Source: Planctomycetota bacterium (lineage in GTDB: Bacteria > Planctomycetota > Phycisphaerae > WQYP01). Taken from it: a stretch of 64,000 bases of DNA. The translations under genes were made by a program, and so were the position numbers. Position 1 is the stretch's first letter. Every line of letters starts with the position of its first letter. The stretch lies in contig JAKAEZ010000001.1 in assembly GCA_021819825.1 (NCBI GenBank), positions 3,521 through 67,520 of the forward strand, in the 5' to 3' direction. Shown here piece after piece: positions 20,816-31,367 of this stretch. The notes below the pieces were generated by a model. It searched no databases. It was not told the DNA's origin and saw nothing but the letters and a program-made list of their open reading frames with translations.

Positions 20816-21937
20816 TTATCGCGGTTGTTGCTGCGTCATACAATGCAGCGTCCCCAAACCCCATACCAGATCGCGGCAATATATGGGAATAATGCTGCGA
20901 TTGGGAAAACATTTCTCCAGAATTTTCAGCGCCCGCAGGTCCTCGGGATCATTAAACACCGGGACCAGCACACCGGCGTTGCAGATGTAAAAATTGGCAT
21001 AGCTGGCCGGCAGCCGCTGCTTATCAAAATAAACCGGTGCGGGCAGCGGCAATTCGATGATATTAAAACTGCGGCCCCGTGTGTCCCGCATTGTCTTTAA
21101 GCATTTCATATTTTCCGCCATACGCCGATGATTGGCATCGCGGCGATTGGGTTCCACACATGCAACAATGGCCGATGGAGAAACGAAACGGGCGGTATCA
21201 TCAATATGGCCGTGGGTATCATCTCCTACGATGCCGCTATGCAGGTATAGAATTTTTTCCACGCCCAGATTATCACACAAGTGCTGTTCCAACACCGTGC
21301 GGGAAATTCCCGGATTCCGGCTTTGTACCTTCGAAAGCAGGCACTCCCGCGTCGTAAGCAGACATCCGGCACCGTTGACATCAATGCTGCCCCCTTCCAG
21401 AACCAAACGCACGATTTTGCCATCGGACCTTGCGGCCATGGGGTTATGAATAGCAATACCGAGAGCTTTGGCGGCATACGCCGGCACATGCGCATCGCGA
21501 TGATAATCGTCATATTTGGCCCAGGCATTAAAAAGCCAGCCAAGGGCCACCATACGTCTCGAGGTTGTACCGCGCTTTTTTACAAAAATCGGGCCGGAGT
21601 CCCGGGTCCAGATGCGATCCGTTTTCAACACATGAAAACGAACGGCCGACAATTTAACGCCTGATTTATTAAGAATGTCCCGTATGATGGCAATACGGCT
21701 TTGCGATTCCACAATCAGATGAACGGTTTCCGCGGATGCAATATGCCGGATAATTTCCGCGATAATCCAGGGAATGGGCGTAAATTTTCCCGGCCAATCC
21801 TCCTGATTGTGCGGCCAGGCCAACCAGGTGGCGTCATGCGGTTCCCATTCGGCGGGCATCTGGAAGCCTTGGTTGCGTAAGCTTGGGGCGGCACCGGATT
21901 CGGATAAATTCTTTATGTTTGATTTTGAAGCGGTCAT
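20816..21937 (-). CDS. aguA: agmatine deiminase
   Basis: MPAEWEPHDATWLAWPH..GGSIDVNG..HGHIDD..GTLHCMTQQQP. Confidence 0.9.
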   Translation of the reverse strand: MTASKSNIKNLSESGAAPSLRNQGFQMPAEWEPHDATWLAWPHNQEDWPGKFTPIPWIIAEIIRHIASAETVHLIVESQSRIAIIRDILNKSGVKLSAVRFHVLKTDRIWTRDSGPIFVKKRGTTSRRMVALGWLFNAWAKYDDYHRDAHVPAYAAKALGIAIHNPMAARSDGKIVRLVLEGGSIDVNGAGCLLTTRECLLSKVQSRNPGISRTVLEQHLCDNLGVEKILYLHSGIVGDDTHGHIDDTARFVSPSAIVACVEPNRRDANHRRMAENMKCLKTMRDTRGRSFNIIELPLPAPVYFDKQRLPASYANFYICNAGVLVPVFNDPEDLRALKILEKCFPNRSIIPIYCRDLVWGLGTLHCMTQQQPR

Positions 21938-21986
21938 TGACAGTTCCGTTAAAAATGCGTTCAGACAAACTATATCTGTGCGCGAA

Positions 21987-22868
21987 TCAGGAAAATCGCT
22001 GGGTTAATCCGGCATAGGCATCCACTCGGCGATCTCGGAAAAACGGCCAGTTTCGCCGAACAGTTTCCTGCAGTTTCGGATCCACTTCCGCAATGAGAAT
22101 ATCTTCTTTATCCACCGATCCACGCTGTAAAAAACGGCCGAACGGATCGCAAATGATGGAGCTGCCGAAAAACTCCAGCCCCCCGCCTTTTGCGCCTTCA
22201 TGCCCAATACGATTGGGCGACGCGACGTAGACACCGTTGGCAATAGCGTGCGACCGCTGAACCGTTTGCCACGCATCAACTTGAGCGGCCCCGAATTCCG
22301 CTTTCTCCGCCGGGTGCCATCCGATGGCTGTGGGGTAAAACAACACCTGAACATCCTGCATGGCGGTAAGCCTTGCCGCTTCCGGAAACCACTGGTCCCA
22401 ACAGATCAGTACCCCAATGCGTCCAAAACGAGTTTGGAACGCTTTGAACCCCAGATCACCGGGCGTGAAGTAATATTTTTCATAAAACAGCGGATCATCC
22501 GGAATGTGCATTTTGCGATACATCCCCAGCAGCGTGCCGTCAGCATCAAGAACCACGGCGGTATTATGATAGATTCCCGCAGTGCGCTTTTCAAAAAGAG
22601 AGATCACCAGCACCACATGCAGCTCCGCTGCTAATTTACTGAAGCGCTGGGTACTGGGACCGGGAATTGATTCCGCCAGATCAAACAGTTCCGTTGATTC
22701 GGTTTGACAAAAATATTCAGAACAAAATAATTCCTGGGTGCAAATCACGTTAGCACCCAGGCTCGCGGCTTGACGTATTTGCCGCTCGGTATGATCCCGA
22801 TTGGCGTTGGGATCTTTTTCGCAGCGCATCTGCATAATCCCGATGGTGAATTTTTTATCTGCGGGCAT
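21987..22868 (-). CDS. aguB: N-carbamoylputrescine amidase (nitrilase superfamily)
   Basis: QELF..YRKMHIPDDP..VLICWDQWFPEAAR, with the Glu-Lys-Cys triad context. ATG 22868 is preceded by GGAGGCG. Confidence 0.9.
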   Translation of the reverse strand: MPADKKFTIGIMQMRCEKDPNANRDHTERQIRQAASLGANVICTQELFCSEYFCQTESTELFDLAESIPGPSTQRFSKLAAELHVVLVISLFEKRTAGIYHNTAVVLDADGTLLGMYRKMHIPDDPLFYEKYYFTPGDLGFKAFQTRFGRIGVLICWDQWFPEAARLTAMQDVQVLFYPTAIGWHPAEKAEFGAAQVDAWQTVQRSHAIANGVYVASPNRIGHEGAKGGGLEFFGSSIICDPFGRFLQRGSVDKEDILIAEVDPKLQETVRRNWPFFRDRRVDAYAGLTQRFS

Positions 22869-23012
22869 TTCGCCTCCTTGGCACAACCTCATTCCGCTTT
22901 GGCCCCGCCGGGACAAAAAAGCCGGAACAAATAGTTTGCTGATTATACGCAAAGCGTCAACCAGAGTAGAATATCATCATGGATTGCCCAGCAGGTTCCG
23001 GAGCGTAACGGC

Positions 23013-24158
23013 ATGACTCAGCGATGGCTCAATGATCTTATCCCAAACGTTTTTCCGTGCCATGCGCTATTCACCGGCCGATTGCATAAACCGGTTGGTC
23101 TACGATTACCGTATCAACGACTGCGCCCCGCGGTACTTTGTGCGTTGACCGGGGCGATGATCGTGTGCATGGCGATCCCCACAACCGCCCGCGCTGCAGG
23201 TGAGAACTCCACGTTCGTAGCCGGACAAACCAGCCCGCTGCGGAATGAAATTACGCCGCAAGTACGGCAAACGGTACGCCGCGGTTTGAAGTGGCTGGCC
23301 GCTCGGCAGAACGCCAACGGATCATTTGATTCAGGTACCACCGCCATTACCGCCTTGGGCGGCTTGGCGTTTGTCGCCGGCGGCAATTTGCCGGGGCAGG
23401 GGCGGTATGCCCAGAATGTTTCTCGTGCTCTACGCTATATACTTGATCACTGCCAGCGCTCCGGACTGATCGCTGGTCCAACAGATGCCGATCCCATGTA
23501 TTCGCAGGGATTTGCCACCCTTTTTCTGGCCGAGATTTATGGTCAATCGCATGCGCCGGATCTGCATGAAAAGCTGCAACGGGCCATCCGCCTGATTATT
23601 GACGCGCAAAACGCCGCGGGTGGATGGAGATACCAACCCGTGCCGATGGATGCGGATATCTCCGTGACTATCTGCCAGGTCATGGCCTTGCGCGCCGCGC
23701 GTGAAGCCGGCATCGCAGTTCCCAAGCGCACCATCACCAAGGCCATCAGTTTTGTTCATCGCCTGCAAAACGCGGACGGCGGATTCAGTTATATGCTCAA
23801 TATGGGTGGATCGGCATTTCCGCGTTCGGCGGCGGGCGTGGCGGCGCTGCTGTATGCGGGTATTTATCGCGGCTCGGCTATTGGCAACGGAGTGCATTAC
23901 CTCATGGAGTGCCTGCCGGGAACGCCGCAGAATAACCAGGGAAATTATTTCTACGGCAACTATTATGGTACGCAGGCCATGTTTCTTGCCGGAGGAAAAT
24001 ATTGGGCCAAATGGTGGCCCGCCGTCAGTGGTGATCTGATGAAGCGGCAGCAAACGGCCGGTAACTGGACCGGCGGGGCGGGCCAGAGTTACGCTACGGC
24101 CATGGCCTTAATTATTCTGCAGATTCCCGACAGATATCTGCCGATATTGCAGAAATAG
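23013..24158 (+). CDS. prenyltransferase/squalene-oxidase-repeat (terpenoid-cyclase-fold) exported protein
   Basis: Repeated Q..NADGGF / Q..NGSF / AGGWRY motifs typical of this repeat family. Signal-anchor at the N-terminus. Confidence 0.65.
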   Translation: MTQRWLNDLIPNVFPCHALFTGRLHKPVGLRLPYQRLRPAVLCALTGAMIVCMAIPTTARAAGENSTFVAGQTSPLRNEITPQVRQTVRRGLKWLAARQNANGSFDSGTTAITALGGLAFVAGGNLPGQGRYAQNVSRALRYILDHCQRSGLIAGPTDADPMYSQGFATLFLAEIYGQSHAPDLHEKLQRAIRLIIDAQNAAGGWRYQPVPMDADISVTICQVMALRAAREAGIAVPKRTITKAISFVHRLQNADGGFSYMLNMGGSAFPRSAAGVAALLYAGIYRGSAIGNGVHYLMECLPGTPQNNQGNYFYGNYYGTQAMFLAGGKYWAKWWPAVSGDLMKRQQTAGNWTGGAGQSYATAMALIILQIPDRYLPILQK

Positions 24159-24171
24159 GCTGGAGGAACCG

Positions 24172-25407
24172 TTGAATCGTCGTGGATTTTATCGACTGAT
24201 CTTCACTCTCTTAGTCGTTGGTGGCTTCTTTTACGCAGCCCCCTCGCTTGTTGCGCAACCTGGCACGGCCCCGGCCATCAGAGCACCGCTGTGGCGAGTG
24301 CGACTGGCAGCTCTGACACCGCGGGGCAAAATACAATCGATGGCTTCAACACAGGTTAGTCTATGGACGTCAGCGGGCCGCGTGAGGCTGTTGGCGGCGG
24401 GCAAAACAGTGAATCTTACCACGCGGGAAATATTAAGCCTGAGTCGTAGGGATATAGCGGTACCGGCACGAAATACCCGCCCATCACCGTGGTGGCTGCA
24501 CCTTCGTACCGGGGATGTTTTGGCGGGGAATCCGGTGGGAACCAGCGGGGGAAAAATGGCCTTCGACTCCCTGATATTTGGCAAAATAAGTGTGCCGATA
24601 GATGATGTTGCCGGACTCACCCGCCGGCGCAATACCCCCCTGCTTCACGGAATCGCGCATGATCATCTACAATTTATCAACGGCGACCAACTCTCCGGTG
24701 CCATGCTGCAAATCCTGCCTCAGGCGGTGCAATGGAAAAGTACGCTGGGAACAATCAGCATTCCTCTGGTCCGCATCGCAACGATTAATCTGGCCAAAAC
24801 GCTGGCACCAAGCATTTACCGCGGCCCGCGCGTTGGCATCACCTTCAGCGACGGCACGATGGTGACCGCATCGGCCGTTGCTTGGCGCGGCACTACGCTG
24901 GTTCTTACCGTTCCATCCCTTGCGGCGCTCAGTTGCGGAGTCGGCATGATTCAACGCATTGACATACGTGGTGGAAACCTTACCTGGCTTACCGACCTTG
25001 CCCCGCAAAAATATGTTCAGACACCGTATGTTGGAACGCCGTGGCCTTTGGTAAAGAATGCCAACTGTGTGCTGCGCCGGCTGAAGGTAAACGGCCGGGT
25101 CTTCAGGCACGGTCTAGGCACGCATGTGGCAGCGCGATTGATATACAACCTGGCGGATAAATACAGCAAGCTGACGTTTATTCCGGCCATGGACCAATCT
25201 TCGCGCCCCTGGGGGGCGTGCAAGGTTGTGGTACAGGCGGACGGCAAGACCGTTTATACTTCCGGCATATTAAGGTCCGGGGAATTATTGCCGCCGGTTT
25301 TACTTTCGGTAAAACAGGTTAAGGTATTGGAGTTTATTATCACTGGGATTCACGCCTATGGCGTGCGCGGGCGCGTGGATATTCTTAATGCGGCATTACT
25401 GCGATAG
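24172..25407 (+). CDS. exported protein with C-terminal NPCBM-like carbohydrate-binding module
   Basis: FRHGLGTHVAARLIYNL..YSKLTFIPAMDQ..GACKVVVQADGKTVYTS..VKVLEFII matches the NPCBM/NEW2 pattern. TTG start after GGAGGAA. Confidence 0.6.
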   Translation: MNRRGFYRLIFTLLVVGGFFYAAPSLVAQPGTAPAIRAPLWRVRLAALTPRGKIQSMASTQVSLWTSAGRVRLLAAGKTVNLTTREILSLSRRDIAVPARNTRPSPWWLHLRTGDVLAGNPVGTSGGKMAFDSLIFGKISVPIDDVAGLTRRRNTPLLHGIAHDHLQFINGDQLSGAMLQILPQAVQWKSTLGTISIPLVRIATINLAKTLAPSIYRGPRVGITFSDGTMVTASAVAWRGTTLVLTVPSLAALSCGVGMIQRIDIRGGNLTWLTDLAPQKYVQTPYVGTPWPLVKNANCVLRRLKVNGRVFRHGLGTHVAARLIYNLADKYSKLTFIPAMDQSSRPWGACKVVVQADGKTVYTSGILRSGELLPPVLLSVKQVKVLEFIITGIHAYGVRGRVDILNAALLR

Positions 25408-25440
25408 TTCCAGGTATGGATAAGAATCGGGGCATGGGCC

Positions 25441-26250
25441 ATGGATACACCTCCACAACTTTATCAGGCGCGTTGCGTTTGCGGACATGATTTGGAAATT
25501 CCATCCCAGCGGCTGGGCCGCCACCTGATTTGCCCCATGTGCAGCCGCACATTGATTCCTGTGGCCGCCACGCCCGCGGCTAGTGTGCCAGTGCCGACAA
25601 CCGCGCCGGCCGCAGCTCCCGCCCAAGCGCAACGTCCCTGCCCCTCCTGTGGAGAAATGATTCTCCGCATCGCTCGCAAATGCCGATACTGCGGTGAATT
25701 TGTGGACTCCCCCGCCGCGCCGGCCGCACCAGCGGATTCCGAAATTGCGGCCAAGGATGATCCCGCCGAGCAAACTATGGCGGACGCGGTGTTTGATGTT
25801 TCGGTTTCGCAATGGGATAATTTTTTTCGCTATCTGACATGCACCATCGTGCTGATTATTTCCGCGGGAACTTACAAGATACCGATGCTGCGAGCCTATG
25901 GAGCTATTATTTTTGCCGTGGTATTAACCGTAGATGTCTTTGCGGGCTTTCTTATTTACTTGAATTCCCGTAATAGCCGATGTCTGATTAACGCCGATCG
26001 TGTGGAAACCCAAAGCGGCATATTCACCAAACAAATTGACTGGATTTCGCTTAGCAGTGTGTTGGATATTCAACTGCGGCAAGGGTTTATTCAGCGGATG
26101 CTGGGCATAGGCACCATCGAAATTCGCAGCAATGATCAGGTCACGCCGCTGATGGAACTCCATCAGATTCCGCAGGCGCGGAAAGTATTTGAATATATGC
26201 AGCAACAGATCAGCCGCCGCCATCAGCAGGGCGTGGCTCGATTAATCTGA
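25441..26250 (+). CDS. zinc-ribbon plus bacterial PH (bPH_2/DUF304) membrane protein
   Basis: CPSCGEMILRIARKCRYCGEF zinc ribbon, Pro/Ala linker, two TM helices, then GIFTKQIDWISLSSVLDIQLRQGFIQRMLGIGTIEI. Confidence 0.6.
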   Translation: MDTPPQLYQARCVCGHDLEIPSQRLGRHLICPMCSRTLIPVAATPAASVPVPTTAPAAAPAQAQRPCPSCGEMILRIARKCRYCGEFVDSPAAPAAPADSEIAAKDDPAEQTMADAVFDVSVSQWDNFFRYLTCTIVLIISAGTYKIPMLRAYGAIIFAVVLTVDVFAGFLIYLNSRNSRCLINADRVETQSGIFTKQIDWISLSSVLDIQLRQGFIQRMLGIGTIEIRSNDQVTPLMELHQIPQARKVFEYMQQQISRRHQQGVARLI

Positions 26251-26310
26251 TATTTTCCACCCATAACGCTATAATTCCGTGTATGTGAAACCTGCATCGG
26301 AGACGATACC

Positions 26311-26844
26311 ATGAGCGACGCCAACGATTATGATCTTAAGCCGCAACCCGCTAAACCCGCCGCAGCCCCAGCAACGCGGAGCGCGGAGGCCCCCACCGTT
26401 GTAGTTTCCTCGCCAGTATCATCCCCAACGGATAATGTTGAAGCGGCGCAGTTGAAAAAGCAGGCTGCCGCCGAAGAGGAAGAAGACATTCGCAAAAACA
26501 AGGGTATGGCTTTGCTGTCCTATTTGGGTGCTTTAGTAGTAATACCTATGATATTCGGCCTGCATTCAAAATTTGTCCGACATCACGCCAATCAGGGGTT
26601 GATGCTCTTTACGCTGGAAATGGTCGTCTGGGCGGCTTGTAAAACTGTCCTGCTGTTGGGTTATCCATTACTGCATTTATCGGCGATGGTGTATCTGACA
26701 TCTCTTGTGGGCGGTCTGATCTGGCTGGGCTTTACCTTACTGGCCTTGCTGGGACTGCTGCATGTCGCCGGCGATAGTTACGCCAGTCTGCCGGTCATCG
26801 GAGAATATGAGATTATCAGCATTCTGGGCAGTGATGAGTCATGA
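26311..26844 (+). CDS. DUF4870-like membrane protein
   Basis: ALLSYLGALVVIPMIFG..SKFVRHHANQGLMLF signature after a disordered N-terminus. Confidence 0.5.
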   Translation: MSDANDYDLKPQPAKPAAAPATRSAEAPTVVVSSPVSSPTDNVEAAQLKKQAAAEEEEDIRKNKGMALLSYLGALVVIPMIFGLHSKFVRHHANQGLMLFTLEMVVWAACKTVLLLGYPLLHLSAMVYLTSLVGGLIWLGFTLLALLGLLHVAGDSYASLPVIGEYEIISILGSDES

Positions 26845-27851
26845 GTCCGCCGAGCTTTTTTGACGCTCATTTGGATCTGGCGTATCTGGCGGAAACCGGC
26901 CGGGACATGTTGAATGATCCACCGCGCGGATCGGATAGCCCAGCAGCCGTGACGTTAAAATCTTTAGCGGATAGCCGCGTGCGCCGCGCGGTGGCCACCG
27001 TTTTTGTCCAACCGCGCACGCGGGATGACTCCGGTGAAAATATTAATGGCTCATGGTGTTACAGTTCACCGCAGGAGGCCTACGAGCAATCAGTGCGACA
27101 ACTGAACCGGTATGATCAATGGCATGTCGATGGCCACGTGATTCTGATGGACCGACCGCGAAAAACACCATCAGAAAAGCTTGAATTATTGCTCCTGCTG
27201 GAAGGCTGCGCTGGGATTCGCAGCGTGAATGATCTGGATGATTTTTATCGCCGTGGAATACGCATCCTGGCCCTGACATGGGTGAATGGAACACGCTGGG
27301 CCGGGGGCGATCAATCAGGCGGTGATGTCACCGCCGATGGCATCGCGCTGCTGAATCGCGCTGATGCATTAAAGATGGTGCATGACGTGTCGCATTTGTC
27401 CGAACAAGCGTTCTGGACCGTTATGGAAACAACATCGCGCCCCAAGATTGCATCACACAGCAACTGCCGCAGTCTGTTGCCGGGAAAAAAACATCCGGAA
27501 AGACACTTATCCGATGCGCAGATCAAAGCCTTGGCAAACGCGCAGGGCGTGATTGGCATTAATCTGTTTTCCCGGTTTCTAGTTAGCACTGGCACCGCTG
27601 CGATACAGGATGTGGTTCGCCATATTCAACATATCGTTGAACTGGTCGGCCGCACTGACATCATCGGTTTAGGATCTGACATGGATGGCGGCTTTTCCGC
27701 ACTTGATTTACCCACCGGTATTCGCCGGCCCGCCGATTTAGGAAAAATATGTGATGCCCTCGCCACCGCCAACTTTACCGATACCGCCATTGAACAATTC
27801 GCATGGGGCAATTGGAATCGTGTATTTCGACAGGTGGGCATGTTCCTCTGA
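26841..27851 (+). CDS. membrane dipeptidase (peptidase M19)
   Basis: FDAHLDLA, LTWVNGTRWAGG, DVSHLS, SHSNCR and GLGSDMDGGF motifs. ATGA start/stop overlap with the upstream gene. Confidence 0.85.
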   Translation: MSPPSFFDAHLDLAYLAETGRDMLNDPPRGSDSPAAVTLKSLADSRVRRAVATVFVQPRTRDDSGENINGSWCYSSPQEAYEQSVRQLNRYDQWHVDGHVILMDRPRKTPSEKLELLLLLEGCAGIRSVNDLDDFYRRGIRILALTWVNGTRWAGGDQSGGDVTADGIALLNRADALKMVHDVSHLSEQAFWTVMETTSRPKIASHSNCRSLLPGKKHPERHLSDAQIKALANAQGVIGINLFSRFLVSTGTAAIQDVVRHIQHIVELVGRTDIIGLGSDMDGGFSALDLPTGIRRPADLGKICDALATANFTDTAIEQFAWGNWNRVFRQVGMFL

Positions 27852-27904
27852 AGCTTCCCCCTCAAACACACCGCCGTCTGATTTAATTCCGCTCGTCGTT
27901 GGTC

Positions 27905-27928
27905 GAAAAAGCCTCGTGAAACGAGGTC
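27905..27928 (-). terminator. weak intrinsic terminator-like hairpin downstream of 28069..28908
   Basis: On the minus strand: CCTCGT-ttc-ACGAGG followed by CTTTTT. Confidence 0.35.
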
Positions 27929-28068
27929 CATGCGCTCGGCGGGCATCTCGTCGGCGTTGCAGGAGAGTTATTGAATTGGCGGGTCCGGGTCTCCATACTC
28001 GCCGCGCAAGCCTTTCAACATCGGGGATGGGCGCTCGCCGACTTCCGAAACGATCTCTAGAAACTGGG

Positions 28069-28908
28069 CTAACCACAAATGTCGACGGTAGCCGGCCCGT
28101 TTGTCAGATCTCCGCTGGTGCATATCGCATGACCAGAGAACAAATCGCCATCGTTGAACCAAAAATCAAACAAACCGTCCGGATGCGCGGTCACTGATTC
28201 CAACCGCATTCGGCCTCGGAATTCGCTCGCACTTAATGGCCCCTCGTGTGCGTCGCTCCAACATTCATTTTTTAGTGGTAGCAGCCGTAGCAGTGCGCAG
28301 TCCTTGACGCGCTGATCCCAATGTGCCTGATCGTCCCAGAGGCGACGAGCGGTCAGAAGGCCTTCGGCAGGGGACCCCGCATCATCGGTCGGCACCATGA
28401 GCTTCGCGGGGCACCCATTCCAAGAGCATTCAACAGAGTACCAGCCCACCCGCCGGTCCAGAGTCATAATTCCGAAGAAGGAATCCTGGTACCTTACGGG
28501 AGTATTGAGCTGTTCGGCAAAACCCTTTAACGCAAGGTCGCCCTCGTCGGGACCGAATACCTCTTCAAGGAGCGCACACCACTCACCTGACTTCTGATCG
28601 GCGGCTACCCGGGCTCGTATTCGCACCACGGCCAACGCAGCGACCGAAGCCTGCAAAGCCCTTAATTCGCCTTCCGTCGCACTGCGCGTTACCGCTAATG
28701 CATTCGACCTTATTTCGCCCCCCGCGATCCGCCACGCCGCCAATGAAAACCGAACGGTCCACAATCGCTGGCGTCCAATCATGCCACCAGTTACGCCCGC
28801 GTGGCTAACGACGCCTGATACTTCGACCGGCGGAATATTCGCGAGCTGGTCGAACAGCTCGTTTTGCCGCGAAACAATCTCATCGTTAGGTTCCATTTCA
28901 CTACCCAT
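28069..28908 (-). CDS. hypothetical protein (C-terminus reminiscent of DUF2262)
   Basis: 279-aa ORF ending in ..LFDFWFNDGDLFSGHAI..G. The family assignment is from memory only. Confidence 0.45.
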   Translation of the reverse strand: MGSEMEPNDEIVSRQNELFDQLANIPPVEVSGVVSHAGVTGGMIGRQRLWTVRFSLAAWRIAGGEIRSNALAVTRSATEGELRALQASVAALAVVRIRARVAADQKSGEWCALLEEVFGPDEGDLALKGFAEQLNTPVRYQDSFFGIMTLDRRVGWYSVECSWNGCPAKLMVPTDDAGSPAEGLLTARRLWDDQAHWDQRVKDCALLRLLPLKNECWSDAHEGPLSASEFRGRMRLESVTAHPDGLFDFWFNDGDLFSGHAICTSGDLTNGPATVDICG

Positions 28909-28938
28909 GGTACGTACCCCGGCGTTCCTGATAGTCGG

Positions 28939-30384
28939 TTATTTATTCCCCAGCACCTTGCTCCAATGTTTCAGTTGCACCGCCAACTGTTTTTTTCCGC
29001 CGGCTCCTGCCGATTGATACGCCGCGACGACATTGGCCGCACCTAATACCGTCATAACATCAGCCCCAATTTCCGGTGATAATTTCCGCATGGTTTCCAG
29101 CGGCAAATCCATAAGCCGGGTCAGAGACTGACTTTCGCAATGCGCCACCATGGAACCCACAATCTGATGGGCCGTGCGGAATGCCACACCCTTCCGAACC
29201 AGATACTCCGCCAGAACCGTGGCATCCAAAAATCCTTCATCCAAGCGGCAGGCGATGGATTCCGGCTTGATGGCGGCGCTTTTTACGATAGGCGCGGCGA
29301 TCTGCAGGGATAATTCCACCGAATCAAACCCCGCAAAGAGCCAACGTTTATCTTCCTGCATATCCCGGTTGTACGCCAGTGGCTGTCCCTTCAACATGGT
29401 TAGAAGCGCCACAAGCTGGCCATACACGCCGCCGGTGCGGCCACGAATTAATTCCAGCATGTCCGGGTTGCGCTTCTGCGGCATCATACTGCTGCCGGTG
29501 GTATACTGATCGGCAATACGAATGAAATCAAACTCGGTGGAGCTGTACAAAATCCACTGTTCCGCCCAGCGTGATAAGTGCATGGCAATCATGGAAAGCG
29601 CAAAGGCGAACTCCACGACAAAATCCCGATCACTGATGGAATCCAGGGAATTTGCGGTGATGTCCTGCATCCCCAGTTGCCTTGCCACCTGCAAGCGATC
29701 AATGGGCAGCGTGCTGCCACCCACCGCGCCGGAGCCTAGCGGACTGATGTTGGTGCGAACGCGGCAATCCGCCAGTCGATCACGATCACGCTGAAACATT
29801 TCCACATACGCTAGAAGTTCATGGCCAAAAAGTATGGGCTGCGCTCGCTGCAAATGGGTATAGGCCGGCATGACCACTCCGCCGTCCTGCTGGGCCAGAG
29901 CTACGTACGCCCGCTGCAATTCGGTAAGAAGTTGAGCAACACGATCTATTGCGGCCACACACCAAAGGCGGATATCCAGTGCAACCTGATCGTTGCGGGA
30001 TCGTGCCGTGTGAAGCTTGCGGCCAGGATCACCCACACGTTGAATCAAAGCGGCCTCCACGGCCATGTGAATATCTTCCTGCTTAAGATCAAATTCAAAT
30101 GTGCCGGAGCGTATATCGTCTAGAATACTGTTCAAGCCCTTGCGGATGGCCGCAAGGTCGGATGCGGAAATCATCCCCTTTGCGCAAAGCATATCCGCAT
30201 GCGCCAAGGACCCTCGAATATCGTGCTCGGCCAGGCGATAATCAAAGGAAATGGACTCTACAAATTTTTCCGCCAGGGGATCAGCCGCATCGCCGATCCG
30301 CGCTTGCCAAGCCTTGGCGGGCGTGGCATGCGAGGGGGATTTTGCAGGTGTTTTGACACTTTTTGTGCTCTTCGCTTTTGGCAT
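28939..30384 (-). CDS. argH: argininosuccinate lyase
   Basis: SISFDYRL, TARSRNDQV and GSSMMPQKRNPD signature. Carries a Lys/Ser/Pro-rich 25-aa N-terminal extension. Confidence 0.95.
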   Translation of the reverse strand: MPKAKSTKSVKTPAKSPSHATPAKAWQARIGDAADPLAEKFVESISFDYRLAEHDIRGSLAHADMLCAKGMISASDLAAIRKGLNSILDDIRSGTFEFDLKQEDIHMAVEAALIQRVGDPGRKLHTARSRNDQVALDIRLWCVAAIDRVAQLLTELQRAYVALAQQDGGVVMPAYTHLQRAQPILFGHELLAYVEMFQRDRDRLADCRVRTNISPLGSGAVGGSTLPIDRLQVARQLGMQDITANSLDSISDRDFVVEFAFALSMIAMHLSRWAEQWILYSSTEFDFIRIADQYTTGSSMMPQKRNPDMLELIRGRTGGVYGQLVALLTMLKGQPLAYNRDMQEDKRWLFAGFDSVELSLQIAAPIVKSAAIKPESIACRLDEGFLDATVLAEYLVRKGVAFRTAHQIVGSMVAHCESQSLTRLMDLPLETMRKLSPEIGADVMTVLGAANVVAAYQSAGAGGKKQLAVQLKHWSKVLGNK

Positions 30385-30560
30385 ATTTCATCTTCTAATC
30401 TTTAAAACACTCTCTTATGGCCATGGTCATCATCGGCCATGTCCCAGTCTTCGCCAATCCGTATTCACGCGTTCAAGCGCTGGATCTGCCCATAGATTTT
30501 AGGGTATGCCGCAATAGGCCTCAAGTACGCGCCGTTATGCGTTCCCCGACGCACGGTAAA

Positions 30561-31367
30561 TCATACCGCTTCGGCAATAACCGGATTGGCAAGAATACCG
30601 ATCTTTTCGATCTCGACCTCCATCTGATCGCCCGGTTTAAGCCACAGCGGCGGTTTCCGTGCCATGCCCACGCCTTCCGGCGTGCCGGTTAAAATCACCG
30701 TTCCAGGCAGCAGTGTCGTAGATCCGGAAAGAAATTCAATAATGGCCTCCACCGAGAAAATCATGTCCGCGGTATTCGATTGTTGCCGTGTTTCACCATT
30801 TACGCGCGTCTGAATGCTTAAACTGTTCGGATTGCCGATTTCGTCCAGCGTAACAATCGCCGGCCCTAGCGGGCAGAAAGTGTCAAATGTTTTTCCCCGA
30901 CACCATTGTGATCCGCCCCGCTGAATTTGCCAGTCACGCGCGGAAACATCATTGGCGGCGGTAAACCCCAGTACATAATCCAGCGCCTCGGCGGCAGGAA
31001 CATTTTTGGCCTTTCGTCCAATGACAATAGCCAATTCACATTCATAATCCACCTGATCGCTGGCCAAATGCCGCGGCAATGCCACAGGATCGCCGGGATT
31101 CTGAACCGCCGCGGGATTTTTCATAAACAACACCGGAAATTCCGGGATGCGGGCGTTCGTTTCCGCGGCGTGCCGCCGATAATTCAAACCGATACAGAAA
31201 ATCGCGGCTGGCTGAACCGGAGCGAGCAATTTTGCGGGGCGTACACGCTGATCGGTGAGCGCAAACGATCCGAACAGATCGCCGGTGATTAAACGGAACT
31301 GCCCATCGCGTTCTGCAGTTCCACAATGGATTTGCCCATGAGCATCAGTAAATCGAATAATCTTCAT
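30561..31367 (-). CDS. fumarylacetoacetate hydrolase (FAH) family protein
   Basis: [46 protein letters not shown]. Confidence 0.85.
   Translation of the reverse strand: MKIIRFTDAHGQIHCGTAERDGQFRLITGDLFGSFALTDQRVRPAKLLAPVQPAAIFCIGLNYRRHAAETNARIPEFPVLFMKNPAAVQNPGDPVALPRHLASDQVDYECELAIVIGRKAKNVPAAEALDYVLGFTAANDVSARDWQIQRGGSQWCRGKTFDTFCPLGPAIVTLDEIGNPNSLSIQTRVNGETRQQSNTADMIFSVEAIIEFLSGSTTLLPGTVILTGTPEGVGMARKPPLWLKPGDQMEVEIEKIGILANPVIAEAV

Noticed and set aside
23430-24053. 207-aa minus-strand ORF
   Set aside because: It is antisense to the prenyltransferase-repeat gene and is Arg-rich with no support.
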